Source of the DNA: an uncultured Alphaproteobacteria bacterium
Lineage (GTDB): Bacteria > Pseudomonadota > Alphaproteobacteria > RF32 > CAG-239
Length of the DNA stretch: 64,000 nt
NCBI GenBank assembly: GCA_949282205.1
Contig: CASDOS010000034.1
Location: 5,972 to 69,971 of the forward strand
Direction: 5' to 3'
Below the pieces are notes generated by a model. The model was given only the letters and a program-made list of their open reading frames with translations, had not been told where the DNA came from and did not search any database. The translations under genes and the position numbers were made by a program. Positions within the stretch are counted from its first letter, which is position 1, and each line of letters starts with the position of its first letter. Positions 8,875 through 19,726 of the stretch are shown here, piece by piece.

Positions 8875-11800
8875 TTATAGTTTCATCATATTACAAGTAT
8901 TAGTCCACAACAAGTAAGTTTCAACTGTTTTATCAGGATAGATATGTTGTATTAACTCCTTATAAGCACGAAGCTGAGAAAAGTAGACATCAGGAACATC
9001 GTTTAAAGATTTAGCAGCCGGACGATTCGTTTTATAATCAACAACAATGACCTTGTCTGGCAAAACCAGAAGTCTATCGATTTTAGCAGAAATAATTTTC
9101 CCGTTAATTTCGCCGATAATAGGAACTTCCGCTTGAGAATTTGCTGAAAAAAGTTCCGGAAAATGATTACATAAACTCAAGACTTCAGTAACAATTTGTC
9201 GATGTTCGGATTCGGAAAAATCGGATAGTTGTTTTCTGAGAAATTCAAAAGCAGCCTGTTCCCGTTGATTTTCTTTAAGCGCGCCAATATACTGCAACAA
9301 TTTATGAATAACTGTACCGCGTCTATAAAAGTTCCCCTGTTCAACCAAAGGCGACGCTACAATTTCTTCCTCATCTAAAATATCTTTAGAAGGGGTATAT
9401 GGTTTAGCGAGAGGATTTTCAACGGGAGCCGAAGACAGAATATCGGAATAATCAATAAAAGTCGGCTCTTCGTGTCTTATTTTTTCTTTTGCATCAACAA
9501 TATTCTGCTGAGGAACAGTATAGACGATACGCTTATCGTCACTTGATAATATCACATTAGATTTAAGGTTATTCGCCAAAAGTTTATACCAAGATTGTTC
9601 ATCAGCACCTTTTGTTTTAGTAAAACCGGCAATATAGAGTCTATCTTCCGCCCGAGTAAGTGCCACATATAATAGCCGACGATATTCATCAAAATCCGCA
9701 TCTAAATTTGCATTTTTTATTGAGTTGCAATTATTATCATAAGAACCGGCAGACAAAGGAAAATAGAACAAGTCATCTTTATCCCATAAAAATTGACTTT
9801 TTCTGGCTTTATTTTTTATTTTTGTTGTATCGGCTAAAATAACAATAGGCGCCTGCAAACCTTTAGAACCGTGAACAGTCATAATTTTAACGGTATCACT
9901 TTCTCCTTGTTCCATTTCTTTTTGAATAATAACTTCATCTTGCACTATCCACGAGATAAAAGCTTCAAGAGAAGGTGTATGAGTTTGTTCAAAGACGATA
10001 GCTAGATTTAAGAATTCATCTAAAACATCCTCTACTTCATTTCCCATTCGAGCGATAAAGTTAGAACGCCCTTTGAGTTGCACCAAAACTGTATTAAATA
10101 GTTCAAAAGGACGAACAAAACCGACTAAATTTAACAAAGATTTAAGTTGTTCAGCAATTGAATCATAATCAGAACATTTTAAAAGATTTTTGAATAAAGA
10201 GCCATCTCTGTTGAAGCACAATTTAAATAAATCATCATCATTGAGATTAAAAATAGGAGATTTAAGCACTTCGGCAAGTGATAAATCATCAGTTGGGAGC
10301 AAAAGAAATTTACCGAGAGAGATTAAATCTTGTACAGCAATCTGTTCTAAAAGTTTAAGTTTATCGACGCCGGCCACATTAACGCCGATATCTTTGCAAG
10401 CTCGTACGAATTCCTCAACAAAACTTTTACGTTGTTGAACAAGAAACATAAAATCGCCATATTGAATAGGCCGATTCTTTGATTCTAAAATTTCTTTATT
10501 TTCGACCATTTGTTTAATATTCAGAGCAATTTGTCGAGCAAGAATATTAGAAACGGAAGAATTTTGTTCGCGACTAATCGGAATAAACCAATTATATTTA
10601 TCTTTTGATGTATTTTCTTCCTGTTGCAGAAGTGGAAAGATTTCGACTTTACCGCCGTCGCCTAAGCGAAAAGGTTGGTGATTAATATGTTCGCCATCAG
10701 GAATAACGCCTTTTTTAGCATCATCGACTTCAAAGAGTAAGTTAACACAATCCATGATAGCCTTTGTAGAACGAAATGAAACATCAAGATGTACTTTTTT
10801 GAAATCATGGATTCGTTCATTAAAATAATGATACATTTTATCAAATTCGTTAGGGTCAGCTCCCTGAAAACTGTAAATGGATTGTTTTCTGTCTCCAACA
10901 ACAAACACCGTACGCGGCAAAGCATTTTGATAAGAACCTAATCCAGCAAAAAATTCCTGTGTCAAAGCGCGGACGATAGCCCATTGCGAAGGAGATGTAT
11001 CTTGCGCCTCATCAATTAAAATATGGTCGATACCGCCATCGAGTTTAAACAATACCCAATCGGCAACAGATTTATCCTCTAATAAACGTCGTGTAATAAC
11101 AATCAAATCTTCATAATCAAGAGCCGCGTAAAGATCTTTATACTCTCGATAGCGAGAAATAATGCATTGAGCGATATAAAGCACTGCGGCAGTTGATTTT
11201 AAAACATTTAAAGCGGCAATGCGTTGTTCGGCGACAAGAATTTTATCCGCTTCATTTGTCATAAAAGGTATAATTTCCGGAAATTTATTGGCAATAGCTT
11301 TTGTTGCCAAAGAATCTCGGACTTCTCCATCATTATTTAAGAAGATTTTTTTATATTTTTCATATAGGGAAGAAGAAAATTCTGTTGTAGCAATTTCCTC
11401 AAAAACTTGAGCACGTTTCAAATCTGTTTTGCTACCCTGATTAAAAGCATCAATAGCAAATTTTAACTTATCTTTATCAATAGAAGATAATACAGCGTAT
11501 TGAATATCCTCAATATTGAGAGAAATTTTGACATCAAGTTTCTCTTCCAATAATTGAATAATGCGAGAAATATCGTTATCAAACTTCTGTAGCAGATTAT
11601 CAATTTTGCTTCGATTCTCTGTAATTAAATTCATTATTTCTGGAAATTTATATTCACTTGTATTTTGCGTTAAATAAGTAATAGCCTGAGCCAAAGGCGC
11701 AGATGCGTCAATATCGGCTTGTCTTAGAAGTTCCACCTTTAGATTTTGCAAGATTTCTTTAGAACGTCTATCATCCATAACCTCAAAGTAAGGGGAAATA

Positions 11801-12249
11801 CCGGCTTCTAAAGGAAAACGCTTAAGAATATCCTGACAAAAGCTGTGTATAGTTTGAATCTTCATTCCTCCCGGAGTATCCAATAATGTCGCAAACAATG
11901 TTCTCGCAAAAATGAGCAAGTGCTTTTTATCTGTTGAGGAGTAGTCATTATTAAGAAGTTTATCTAATTCTTTAGATAAATCCGCATCACTTTCAACAGC
12001 CCAAATACTAAGTCTTTTAGCAATACGTTCGTTCATTTCAACAGCGGCTGCTTTTGTATAGGTCAAGCAAAGAATTTTAGCCGGATTAACATTTGAAAGT
12101 AACAAGCGTAAAACTCTATCGGACAACACTTTTGTTTTTCCGGTACCGGCAGAAGCCTCCACCCAAACGGAGTTAAGAGGATTCGACGCAGAAGATTGCT
12201 GGCGAGTGGCTAATTGTGACAAATTATCTCTTTCAATATCAGTCTTCAT
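8875..12249 (-). CDS. addA: double-strand break repair helicase-nuclease AddA
   Basis: UvrD-type helicase motifs (EASAGTGKTKVL, ILIDEAQDTSP, VGDRKQSIYSFQGA, TVHGSKGLQAP, YVALTRAEDRLY) plus a C-terminal PD-(D/E)xK nuclease (IDRLLVLPDKVIVVDYKTN). The start is taken at MKTDIERD (12249), which overlaps the addB stop by 11 nt. Confidence 0.92.
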   Translation of the reverse strand: MKTDIERDNLSQLATRQQSSASNPLNSVWVEASAGTGKTKVLSDRVLRLLLSNVNPAKILCLTYTKAAAVEMNERIAKRLSIWAVESDADLSKELDKLLNNDYSSTDKKHLLIFARTLFATLLDTPGGMKIQTIHSFCQDILKRFPLEAGISPYFEVMDDRRSKEILQNLKVELLRQADIDASAPLAQAITYLTQNTSEYKFPEIMNLITENRSKIDNLLQKFDNDISRIIQLLEEKLDVKISLNIEDIQYAVLSSIDKDKLKFAIDAFNQGSKTDLKRAQVFEEIATTEFSSSLYEKYKKIFLNNDGEVRDSLATKAIANKFPEIIPFMTNEADKILVAEQRIAALNVLKSTAAVLYIAQCIISRYREYKDLYAALDYEDLIVITRRLLEDKSVADWVLFKLDGGIDHILIDEAQDTSPSQWAIVRALTQEFFAGLGSYQNALPRTVFVVGDRKQSIYSFQGADPNEFDKMYHYFNERIHDFKKVHLDVSFRSTKAIMDCVNLLFEVDDAKKGVIPDGEHINHQPFRLGDGGKVEIFPLLQQEENTSKDKYNWFIPISREQNSSVSNILARQIALNIKQMVENKEILESKNRPIQYGDFMFLVQQRKSFVEEFVRACKDIGVNVAGVDKLKLLEQIAVQDLISLGKFLLLPTDDLSLAEVLKSPIFNLNDDDLFKLCFNRDGSLFKNLLKCSDYDSIAEQLKSLLNLVGFVRPFELFNTVLVQLKGRSNFIARMGNEVEDVLDEFLNLAIVFEQTHTPSLEAFISWIVQDEVIIQKEMEQGESDTVKIMTVHGSKGLQAPIVILADTTKIKNKARKSQFLWDKDDLFYFPLSAGSYDNNCNSIKNANLDADFDEYRRLLYVALTRAEDRLYIAGFTKTKGADEQSWYKLLANNLKSNVILSSDDKRIVYTVPQQNIVDAKEKIRHEEPTFIDYSDILSSAPVENPLAKPYTPSKDILDEEEIVASPLVEQGNFYRRGTVIHKLLQYIGALKENQREQAAFEFLRKQLSDFSESEHRQIVTEVLSLCNHFPELFSANSQAEVPIIGEINGKIISAKIDRLLVLPDKVIVVDYKTNRPAAKSLNDVPDVYFSQLRAYKELIQHIYPDKTVETYLLWTNTCNMMKL

Positions 12250-15148
12250 TGCTTTCTCCCTCTTCTTGAACCGACCACTCTCTGATACGAGCCAGATGTT
12301 CATAATCGCTATTTTTCGGAATAAACTTTGGAATAGGGCGAGAATGATAAGGAGTAGTTTCAAAATCAAAAGTTTCAATTAATTTTAAAAGGTACTCTTC
12401 TGTTTTTTGCAAAATATCATCATTTTGCGGTGTAATTTCCAAGACAGAACTCCCTAATTGCCAATAAATCATTTTTTTGACGTTCATATTGTCAATGGTT
12501 TCAAAATGTCCTTTAGAAGCGATAAGCCCCTCCAGAGGGAGTTGTAATGCATGTCCGCTCTTTACTTCGTTAGAAGAAGGGATTTTACCGGTTTTATAAT
12601 CAAGAATATTCAAATAACCGTCTTGTAATTCGTCAATACGGTCGGCTTTTGCCGTAAAGGTAAAAGGACCATTGGGAAGATTATAGGTAATTTCCCCTTT
12701 AATTTCATTATGAACAAGTTTAACCGAATGACGATAATCCGTTTCCTGCTGGACAATCCATTCAGCAGTTTTCAAAAATTTGGGCCACCAAAATGCCTCT
12801 AAGTCTGGAGAAATATCAAAATCAGCAAAATATTTTCTACCTAAAGCGATTAAAATTTCCAAAGGATTTTCCGGGAGTTCAGAAGGATATGTGTTATTAA
12901 ATTCCTCAATAATGGCATGAATAAGTGTACCATAATCTCGTTGGTCTTTCTCTTGATCCAAATCATCAAGCGGATAAAGTTTCAAGATATATTTCGCAAA
13001 AACGGAATAAGGATCTTGAACAAGCAAATCAACGCCGCTTGCGGATAAGCGCCGTGGGCGTGCAGAAAGCGGAGGACAAGGAGCCGGAGCTTTTATCGGG
13101 GTATAAGATGTCGGTTTATCTAATCGATCCGCAAATAAAGAGAAGCCGTCATCGGTAATTTTTAAAATATCCGATTGCATAGCTTTCAGCACAGTTTCAA
13201 ATCGAAGCAACCAACGAGATTTTTTCATCGGTACGCCATCAACCCGCTCAGCTCTGGTAATAACAACTTGCGGTGCAGCTAAAAAGCCACATAAATCAGC
13301 CCCCAAAATACCAATGGCTTTCTCGGGCAAACTAAAGCCGAAATCTTTTTTCATCGGGCGCGACATCCACATATCTGCCTGTGCCGGTTTAGGCCAAATA
13401 CCTTCATTAACCTCACCGAGAATAACGGTATCAAAATGATGTAATCTTGCTTCAATCGGCCCAAGAATACTCAAACGAGGATGTGTGCCATATCTGGCTC
13501 TGACACTTTCAAGCCCCATTAATTCGCATAATAGGGGTAAATAATCTTGTCCATTAATATTCCCCAATGTTTCGGAGGAAGATAATAATTGAGTGAAAAA
13601 TTTGGCAGCAGTTTTACCGGCATCACCTTTCCACAAAGTTGAATTTCCGGAAGAAGTATCCGAAGCAGCGCAAACTTCAGCCAAAGAAATATGTTTTATC
13701 AAAATTTCTTTAAAGGAAACCGAAGGATACGCCAAATATGAGGAAAAGTCGGCAAGTATTGATTTAATTTTATTAATAAAATCCATAATTTCATCAGAAA
13801 GACTTTGTATCTTAGACTGACGCAAAGCAGTTTCATATGTATAAATCATATTTCTAAATACAGCCGCATTAGAACCGACAAGCATAAAAGGATGTTTTAA
13901 TAAAGTAATAAAAGCAATATCCGATTCGCTGTTAGCGGCAGCTTCAGCCAATAAACGGAAAAAAATACCGATAGAGGTTAAGGAAAGAGGTAATCCTGCA
14001 GAGTCGTCAATTTTGATTTCAAACCTCTCTAACTCAGAAGCCACCCGACGAGCCAAATTTCGGTCATAAGTAATAAGAGCGGCTGTTTTTTCAGGAGTAT
14101 TAAGAACTTCACGCATTTTAAGAGCGATAGCCAAGGCTTCATCACGTTGTGAATGACAATTGATAACGGAAATATTTTTAATGGCATTATCCAAATCAAA
14201 GGTTCCGTAGATTTGGCGCCATTTATCAGAAACAGATGCTGGGCGCATAATTTCAGAAATAAGTTGTTCACGTTCAATCAGAGAAGGTGCAACAACATCA
14301 ACAACATCTGTTAAGGATATTTCCAACAATTCAAGAAGAGTTTTAATTTCAAACAGAGGATGAGTTTCGTCCACGGCGTTCCAATATGATTGATTGGCAA
14401 AACGATCAATACCGGAGAAATAAATTTCACCATTAGGTAAATTCATAATACTTTTTAAAAGAGCAATAATTGCCGGAAAACTAGCCGTTACACCGGCAAC
14501 AACAATATTTTGGGATACGGGATTTGTATTCCAAATTTGCGCTTGTTTGAATAATAGAGAATTTTTCATAGAACAAGCATCAACAGCATTTCTTTCTTTT
14601 AAAATCATAGGCCAAAATTCGGTAATGATTTTAAGTAATTTAAGAGTTTCCTGCCAATGTGTTGCATATTTTTCAGGCACTAAATCTTGTAATTTATCAA
14701 AAGACAATCCTTGATTAATGGCTGTATCAATTAATTTAGCCAAATCGACTGCCAGATTAAGAGCTTGAGCTAAGGAAATTTGTTTCAGTCCGAAATCAGA
14801 AGGTTTCGACATAATTAAGCGAGTGAAGAGAAACAACCGTTCATCGCGACTAATTGTCTGACATTCCGCGTTAAACATTTCATCAAGATTAAATCCGCTA
14901 AAAAACACTTCATCATCATCCATATCGGCAATAGGCAACATCTGAGGCAAGATGACCGGAGCTTTGCCGTGGATTCGCACAAAAGCGTTAGTCAAATCGA
15001 TACACGCCCGTCGATTGGGAAGTAAAAAGAGCACATTAGCCAGTTGTAAATAATCACCTTTGTATTTATCAATATAAATTCGGGCCAAAGTATCCCAAAA
15101 AGAGCGACTCAGCGGAATATTAAAAAGATGAGAAGAAGTGTTCATCAT
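12239..15148 (-). CDS. addB: double-strand break repair protein AddB (alphaproteobacterial type)
   Basis: 969 aa, immediately upstream of addA and overlapping it. C-terminal RecB-like nuclease motif (ADRIDELQDGYLNILDYKTGK). There is no intact Walker A at the N-terminus, as is usual for alphaproteobacterial AddB. Confidence 0.88.
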   Translation of the reverse strand: MMNTSSHLFNIPLSRSFWDTLARIYIDKYKGDYLQLANVLFLLPNRRACIDLTNAFVRIHGKAPVILPQMLPIADMDDDEVFFSGFNLDEMFNAECQTISRDERLFLFTRLIMSKPSDFGLKQISLAQALNLAVDLAKLIDTAINQGLSFDKLQDLVPEKYATHWQETLKLLKIITEFWPMILKERNAVDACSMKNSLLFKQAQIWNTNPVSQNIVVAGVTASFPAIIALLKSIMNLPNGEIYFSGIDRFANQSYWNAVDETHPLFEIKTLLELLEISLTDVVDVVAPSLIEREQLISEIMRPASVSDKWRQIYGTFDLDNAIKNISVINCHSQRDEALAIALKMREVLNTPEKTAALITYDRNLARRVASELERFEIKIDDSAGLPLSLTSIGIFFRLLAEAAANSESDIAFITLLKHPFMLVGSNAAVFRNMIYTYETALRQSKIQSLSDEIMDFINKIKSILADFSSYLAYPSVSFKEILIKHISLAEVCAASDTSSGNSTLWKGDAGKTAAKFFTQLLSSSETLGNINGQDYLPLLCELMGLESVRARYGTHPRLSILGPIEARLHHFDTVILGEVNEGIWPKPAQADMWMSRPMKKDFGFSLPEKAIGILGADLCGFLAAPQVVITRAERVDGVPMKKSRWLLRFETVLKAMQSDILKITDDGFSLFADRLDKPTSYTPIKAPAPCPPLSARPRRLSASGVDLLVQDPYSVFAKYILKLYPLDDLDQEKDQRDYGTLIHAIIEEFNNTYPSELPENPLEILIALGRKYFADFDISPDLEAFWWPKFLKTAEWIVQQETDYRHSVKLVHNEIKGEITYNLPNGPFTFTAKADRIDELQDGYLNILDYKTGKIPSSNEVKSGHALQLPLEGLIASKGHFETIDNMNVKKMIYWQLGSSVLEITPQNDDILQKTEEYLLKLIETFDFETTPYHSRPIPKFIPKNSDYEHLARIREWSVQEEGESNED

Positions 15149-15750
15149 TAATTTTCATGTTCTCCGATTAAATAAGCGACAAATTTCTGCAAAGCTCGTC
15201 CGCGGTGAGAGATTTTATTTTTTTCTTCACTGGTAAATTCGGCAAAAGAACGAGAAAAACCCGTCGGAATAAAAATCGGATCATATCCAAAGCCGGCAGA
15301 ACCGGTTTTGGATAGAGCGATATTTCCATCAACTCTGCCTTCAAAGGATTTGTAGGAACCGTCCGGTTGAGCAAAAACAATAACACAAGAAAAATGAGCA
15401 GCTCTATTTTTAGAATTTGTTTCATCCAATTCTTTTAATAACTTATCCATTCCAAGGTTAAAGTCACGATTCGGAGCGTAACGTGCCGTATACACCCCGG
15501 GTTTTCCGCCGATTGCATCTACACACAAACCGGAATCATCTGCAAAACAGGGAATATTCTGAGCTCTAGCTGCGGCAAGAGCTTTGATATAAGCATTTTC
15601 TTCAAAAGTTTTTCCGGTTTCTTCAACATCAGGTAGATTTAAATCCCGAGCAGATAAAACATTAACCCCGTAAGGAGCTAAAAGCTCACGAATTTCTGCA
15701 ATTTTCCCCTGATTATGACTGGCAAAAATAATTTCTTTATATTTCAACAT
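15148..15750 (-). CDS. rdgB: dITP/XTP pyrophosphatase (RdgB/HAM1 family)
   Basis: 200 aa with FASHNQGKIAEI, ETGKTFEENA, FADDSGLCVDALGG-like and GFGYDPIF motifs. Confidence 0.93.
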   Translation of the reverse strand: MLKYKEIIFASHNQGKIAEIRELLAPYGVNVLSARDLNLPDVEETGKTFEENAYIKALAAARAQNIPCFADDSGLCVDAIGGKPGVYTARYAPNRDFNLGMDKLLKELDETNSKNRAAHFSCVIVFAQPDGSYKSFEGRVDGNIALSKTGSAGFGYDPIFIPTGFSRSFAEFTSEEKNKISHRGRALQKFVAYLIGEHEN

Positions 15751-16456
15751 TTTTTAATGCCTCTTTTTGTTTTTGAATTAATAACGCAACACCTTTTTGA
15801 GCAAGATTCATCAAATGAGTATAATCGTCTTGAGTAAAGGGTTCACCCTCAGCTGTTCCTTGGATTTCGACAATTCTGCCGCTTTCCGTTAAAACAAAAT
15901 TTGCATCAACTTGAGCAGAAGAATCTTCGACATACTCTAAATCCAACAAAAACTCACCATGACAAATCCCCACCGAAATTGCAGCAACAAATTCTCTAAT
16001 AGGATTATGAGAAATTTTACCTTCTTTAACCATTTTTGCAAGAGCAATATAAAGAGCAACGAAACTGCCTGTAATAGAAGCTGTTCTGGTTCCGCCATCC
16101 GCTTGAATAACATCACAGTCAATCAAAATAGAAAAACCTCTCAAAACAGATAAATCAACGATAGAGCGCAAAGAACGTCCGATAAGACGTTGAATTTCAT
16201 GAGTGCGTCCGCCAACACCATGAGTTTCACGCGATACCCGAGTCGAAGTAGCTCTGGGCAAAAGGGCATACTCGGCAGTAATCCATCCTTTTTCTTCATT
16301 TTTAAGCCATAAAGGAACCTTATCATCAACAGAGGCCGTACAAATAACATGTGTATTACCGCATTTAATAAGACAAGAGCCCTCGGCATAAGGATTAAAA
16401 TTAGATATAATTTCAACAGTTCTGAGTTCATCAGAAAAACGATTCAATGTTCTCAT
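15737..16456 (-). CDS. rph: ribonuclease PH
   Basis: 239 aa with GSCLIKCGNTHV, the phosphate-binding GGRTHEIQRLIGR, and DCDVIQADGGTRTASITG. Confidence 0.96.
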   Translation of the reverse strand: MRTLNRFSDELRTVEIISNFNPYAEGSCLIKCGNTHVICTASVDDKVPLWLKNEEKGWITAEYALLPRATSTRVSRETHGVGGRTHEIQRLIGRSLRSIVDLSVLRGFSILIDCDVIQADGGTRTASITGSFVALYIALAKMVKEGKISHNPIREFVAAISVGICHGEFLLDLEYVEDSSAQVDANFVLTESGRIVEIQGTAEGEPFTQDDYTHLMNLAQKGVALLIQKQKEALKNVEI

Positions 16457-17010
16457 GAAATATCCCCATTGTCAGATTGATTATTTAAATAATTTTCAAT
16501 AGCTGTCAAAACCCGTCCGACGGTACAATCGACTGCTTCATTTTTTGTTTCAACCATAATATCAGCCTCAGAATAGTAAGGATATTCTTCATCAATATAG
16601 GTTTGCAATTTACTTTTAATTTTAGAGTCGCTACATTGTAAAAAAGGACGTCTTTTGCGTCCGGCAGTTCGACTGTATAAAACATCAATATCAGCTTTAA
16701 GCCAAATCGTTAAGGCATTTTTTTTAGCAAGTAATCTGGTTTGATTAGCTACAAAGGCCCCCCCGCCGGATGCTAAAACACAAGGAGCTCCGGACAAAAG
16801 TCGTTTCATTATTCTTTCTTCACCGGCTCTATATTCTTCAACCCCAAAACATTTAAAAACATCAATAACAGAAAGTCCCGCCGCTTTTTCAATTTCTTGA
16901 TCGCCATCAACAAACGGAAGTCCAAGTTTTTTGGCGAGTCTTTTCCCGACGCTTGTTTTTCCGCTACCGATAAGTCCTACCAGCAATATAATTTTATTAA
17001 TCGTTGTCAT
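16453..17010 (-). CDS. aroK: shikimate kinase
   Basis: P-loop GLIGSGKTSVGKRLAKKLGLPFVDGD and ASGGGAF. The start is taken at MTTINKI (17010) rather than the track start at 17040. Confidence 0.88.
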   Translation of the reverse strand: MTTINKIILLVGLIGSGKTSVGKRLAKKLGLPFVDGDQEIEKAAGLSVIDVFKCFGVEEYRAGEERIMKRLLSGAPCVLASGGGAFVANQTRLLAKKNALTIWLKADIDVLYSRTAGRKRRPFLQCSDSKIKSKLQTYIDEEYPYYSEADIMVETKNEAVDCTVGRVLTAIENYLNNQSDNGDIS

Positions 17011-17131
17011 ATTGGTCTTCGTAAAAAAAATATTATTCACACTTTACAATCAAGGATATATTGATAATAATAATAATCAACATCTATTTAACGAAATTGG
17101 AAAAGCTGAAATTTATGAAGGGAGAGAAAGA

Positions 17132-17272
17132 ATGAGAAACAAAAATAATAAGTATATATTATATTTAGTTTTAGGAATAATTGTATTGGGTATAGCATAT
17201 ACAGCATGCAAAGATATAACCCCCGAACAACAACGTATAGAAACGAAAGTAGAAATAAAGCTTAGCAAATGA
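17132..17272 (+). CDS. small membrane/lipoprotein-like protein (46 aa)
   Basis: ATG preceded by GGAGAG. The N-terminus MRNKNNKYILYLVLGIIVLGIAYTAC is hydrophobic and ends in Cys. Its stop overlaps the xerD start (ATGA). The longer track ORF from 16931 runs antisense into aroK and is rejected. Confidence 0.4.
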   Translation: MRNKNNKYILYLVLGIIVLGIAYTACKDITPEQQRIETKVEIKLSK

Positions 17273-18177
17273 GAGACTATATAAACGAATTTTTAGATGC
17301 AAAATCTGTAGAAAAGGGTGCCGCACTTAATACACTAAAAGCATACAGAAATGATGTAAGACAATTTTTGACCTCTATTCCGCAACAAGATATTAAAAGA
17401 ATAACCACAGAAGATATAGAACAATATCTAAAAGAATTAAAAGCAACCGGAAATACGGCAAAAACTTTATCCCGTAAAATATCATGCATAAGGGAGTTTT
17501 TTAAGTTTTTGCAAAGTGAGAATATAATAAAAGAAAGTCCGGCCAACAAGTTGAGCACTCCTAAAATTGGTAAAAGTTTACCATATTTTCTTACCGCAAA
17601 AGAAATAAAAAAGATTTGTACCGTGGCAAAATCGCAAAAAAGCTTTTCTTTTGTGAAGATGCATGTAATGGTAAAGCTGATGTACTCAGCAGGCTTAAGA
17701 GTTTCTGAGTTGGTATCTCTTCCTGAGAATGCGATTAATTATGATATGCGACAAATATTAATATGCGGCAAAGGAAGTAAAGAAAGAATAGTGCCGATAA
17801 CCAAAGAAGTGATAGAAGATATATTAGAGTACTTGAATGTCCGGAACAAAACTGGGAGAACTCAAAAGAGAGGTTGGTTATTTCCTTCAGAAAAATCACT
17901 ATCTGGCCATGTGACACGAAACGGATTCTTTAAAAGTCTAAAAAAATTAGCGGCGATGGCGGGCATTTCGCCGGAAAAGGTGCATCCGCACATTTTAAGA
18001 CATTCTTTTGCGACAAGGTTAGTAAATAATAATGCGGATTTACGTTCCATACAGAAAATGTTAGGTCATGAGAATATTGCAACAACGGAAATATATACTC
18101 ACATTACAACAGAAAGACTAATAGATGAAGTAAAGAAACGTCATCCGCTGACGCAACAACAGGAAGAAAACGAATAA
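17269..18177 (+). CDS. xerD: site-specific tyrosine recombinase XerD
   Basis: 302 aa with an N-terminal SAM-like domain and the catalytic signature GLRVSEL...HILRHSFATRLV...LGHENIATTEIYTH. Confidence 0.9.
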   Translation: MRDYINEFLDAKSVEKGAALNTLKAYRNDVRQFLTSIPQQDIKRITTEDIEQYLKELKATGNTAKTLSRKISCIREFFKFLQSENIIKESPANKLSTPKIGKSLPYFLTAKEIKKICTVAKSQKSFSFVKMHVMVKLMYSAGLRVSELVSLPENAINYDMRQILICGKGSKERIVPITKEVIEDILEYLNVRNKTGRTQKRGWLFPSEKSLSGHVTRNGFFKSLKKLAAMAGISPEKVHPHILRHSFATRLVNNNADLRSIQKMLGHENIATTEIYTHITTERLIDEVKKRHPLTQQQEENE

Positions 18178-18182
18178 AAGAT

Positions 18183-18710
18183 ATGAAAAAAATCCAAATA
18201 CACATTTCCGAAGAACCGCATTGTAAAGATTTAGAAAGTCTTGGTAGTATTTTTATGCCATTAGTAAGAGATATTATGTCTGCAGAAGATTTCGTGGAAG
18301 CAGATATTTTGTTGAATTGGAGAGAAATTGTAGGAGAAGATATAGCGGCCTATGCATATCCGATAAAAGTAAAATATAATCATAAAGAAAATATCAGAAC
18401 GCTATATATGGAGGTGCCGGTAGGAGGTTTTGCGCTGGAAATTCAACATAAAGAAGATTATTTGTTGGAAAAGTTAAATGCGTACTTTGGTTACAAGGCT
18501 GTCCATAAAATAAATATCAGCCAAAATATTAGGATAAGACCACAAATAAAGTCAACAAAAGGAACAAAAGAAAGAGTAAAATTAAGTGATACGGAAAAAA
18601 AGTATATAGAAAGTGTTGCTGATGGAATAAAAGACGATAAATTAAAGGAAATTTTAACAAAATTAGGTGAAAGTGTAGTATTATCAAATCGGGAGAGAAC
18701 AAAATGCTGA
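18183..18710 (+). CDS. DUF721 (DciA-like) protein
   Basis: 175 aa. The core W.EIVGEDIAAYAYPIKVKYN...LYMEV..GGFALEIQHKEDYLLEKLNAYFG matches the DUF721 pattern as I remember it. Confidence 0.6.
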   Translation: MKKIQIHISEEPHCKDLESLGSIFMPLVRDIMSAEDFVEADILLNWREIVGEDIAAYAYPIKVKYNHKENIRTLYMEVPVGGFALEIQHKEDYLLEKLNAYFGYKAVHKINISQNIRIRPQIKSTKGTKERVKLSDTEKKYIESVADGIKDDKLKEILTKLGESVVLSNRERTKC

Positions 18711-19417
18711 AAATAATTAAGCGAATAAGTCGAGCATTAGCCTTAGTAATTGTTTATATTATGTGTGCATACAGTTATTTGAGTGCAAAAGGATTTATTA
18801 TTAAAGACGGAATTCCTGTATTAAACAATACGGCACAAGCTGATACTGAATTTTCAGAAAAAGTAAGCGGAGATGTTCTTCTAAGTCCGTCACAAATGCG
18901 TGTAGAGGGAAAAGATAATGCCCCATTAACCATATATGCTTTTTCATCAATGGCGTGTTCACATTGCAGCGATTTTCATAATTACATATTGCCTAAAATA
19001 AGAAGAGATTTTATAGAAACGGGAAAACTTAAATACATATACGTTCATTTTCCGATAGATGCCGTATCAATGAGGGCAGCAAAGTTATCATACTGTCTAC
19101 CTCCTGAAAAATATGAAGGATTTATTTCCGCACTATATAAAAAGAAAGATTGGTTCTATTCAGGTAAGAAAGAAATTTTAAATAAGTATGCAAAAGAATT
19201 TGGAATGAGCGATGATGATATAAAAAAATGCGATGATGATAAAAAGCTAACCAGTGATATATTGATGACGTTTAATAATGCACTGAGGACATTTAACATA
19301 GAGGGGACGCCATCATTTATAATACAAGGCAAAGACGGAGAAGAATTGATAAAAGGATCCCGCAGTTATGATGATTTAAGAGATTATCTAAATAAGCGCC
19401 TATCGGGAGAAAAATAG
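18704..19417 (+). CDS. DsbA-family thiol:disulfide oxidoreductase
   Basis: N-terminal TM/signal anchor, CxxC active site (SMACSHCSDF), and a C-terminal GTPSFIIQG motif typical of DsbA-like thioredoxin folds. Confidence 0.8.
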   Translation: MLKIIKRISRALALVIVYIMCAYSYLSAKGFIIKDGIPVLNNTAQADTEFSEKVSGDVLLSPSQMRVEGKDNAPLTIYAFSSMACSHCSDFHNYILPKIRRDFIETGKLKYIYVHFPIDAVSMRAAKLSYCLPPEKYEGFISALYKKKDWFYSGKKEILNKYAKEFGMSDDDIKKCDDDKKLTSDILMTFNNALRTFNIEGTPSFIIQGKDGEELIKGSRSYDDLRDYLNKRLSGEK

Positions 19418-19726
19418 ATGCAAGTTCCCGAAGACATAAAAGCATTAGATGAAAAAATAGCTAAAGCAAAGTTATTAAAACAGCAAGAAGAGCCCCAGAC
19501 TAAACATTCGGATTTTTCCCATTTAACAATTGGGCTGCGATTAGGTGTGGAACTGGCGTCAGGAACGATTGTCGGAGCGGCAATCGGTTATACTTTAGAC
19601 GAAGTATTTGACTTTAAGTATATAATGCTGTTAATATTCACTATATTCGGAGGATGTGCCGGTATGTTAAATGCATATCGCTACATAAAAAGTATAAATA
19701 CAAAAGAGGAAAAAGAGGGAGAATAA
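19418..19726 (+). CDS. atpI: ATP synthase protein I (AtpI/AtpZ-like)
   Basis: 102 aa with two TM helices (LRLGVELASGTIVGAAIGYTLD / IMLLIFTIFGGCAGMLNAYRYI), directly upstream of atpB. Confidence 0.75.
   Translation: MQVPEDIKALDEKIAKAKLLKQQEEPQTKHSDFSHLTIGLRLGVELASGTIVGAAIGYTLDEVFDFKYIMLLIFTIFGGCAGMLNAYRYIKSINTKEEKEGE

Noticed and set aside
12250-12378. N-terminal 43-aa extension of addA in the ORF track (MKLLILKLLL...)
   Set aside because: The extension lies entirely inside the addB coding region and is hydrophobic junk. The internal ATG (MKTDIERD) gives the usual short addB/addA overlap.
17269-18177. Tyrosine recombinase as a possible integrase marking a mobile element
   Set aside because: Its length, motifs and N-terminal domain fit housekeeping XerD. 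It sits among core genes (aroK, DUF721, dsbA-like, atp), and there is no adjacent tRNA, repeat or cargo boundary.
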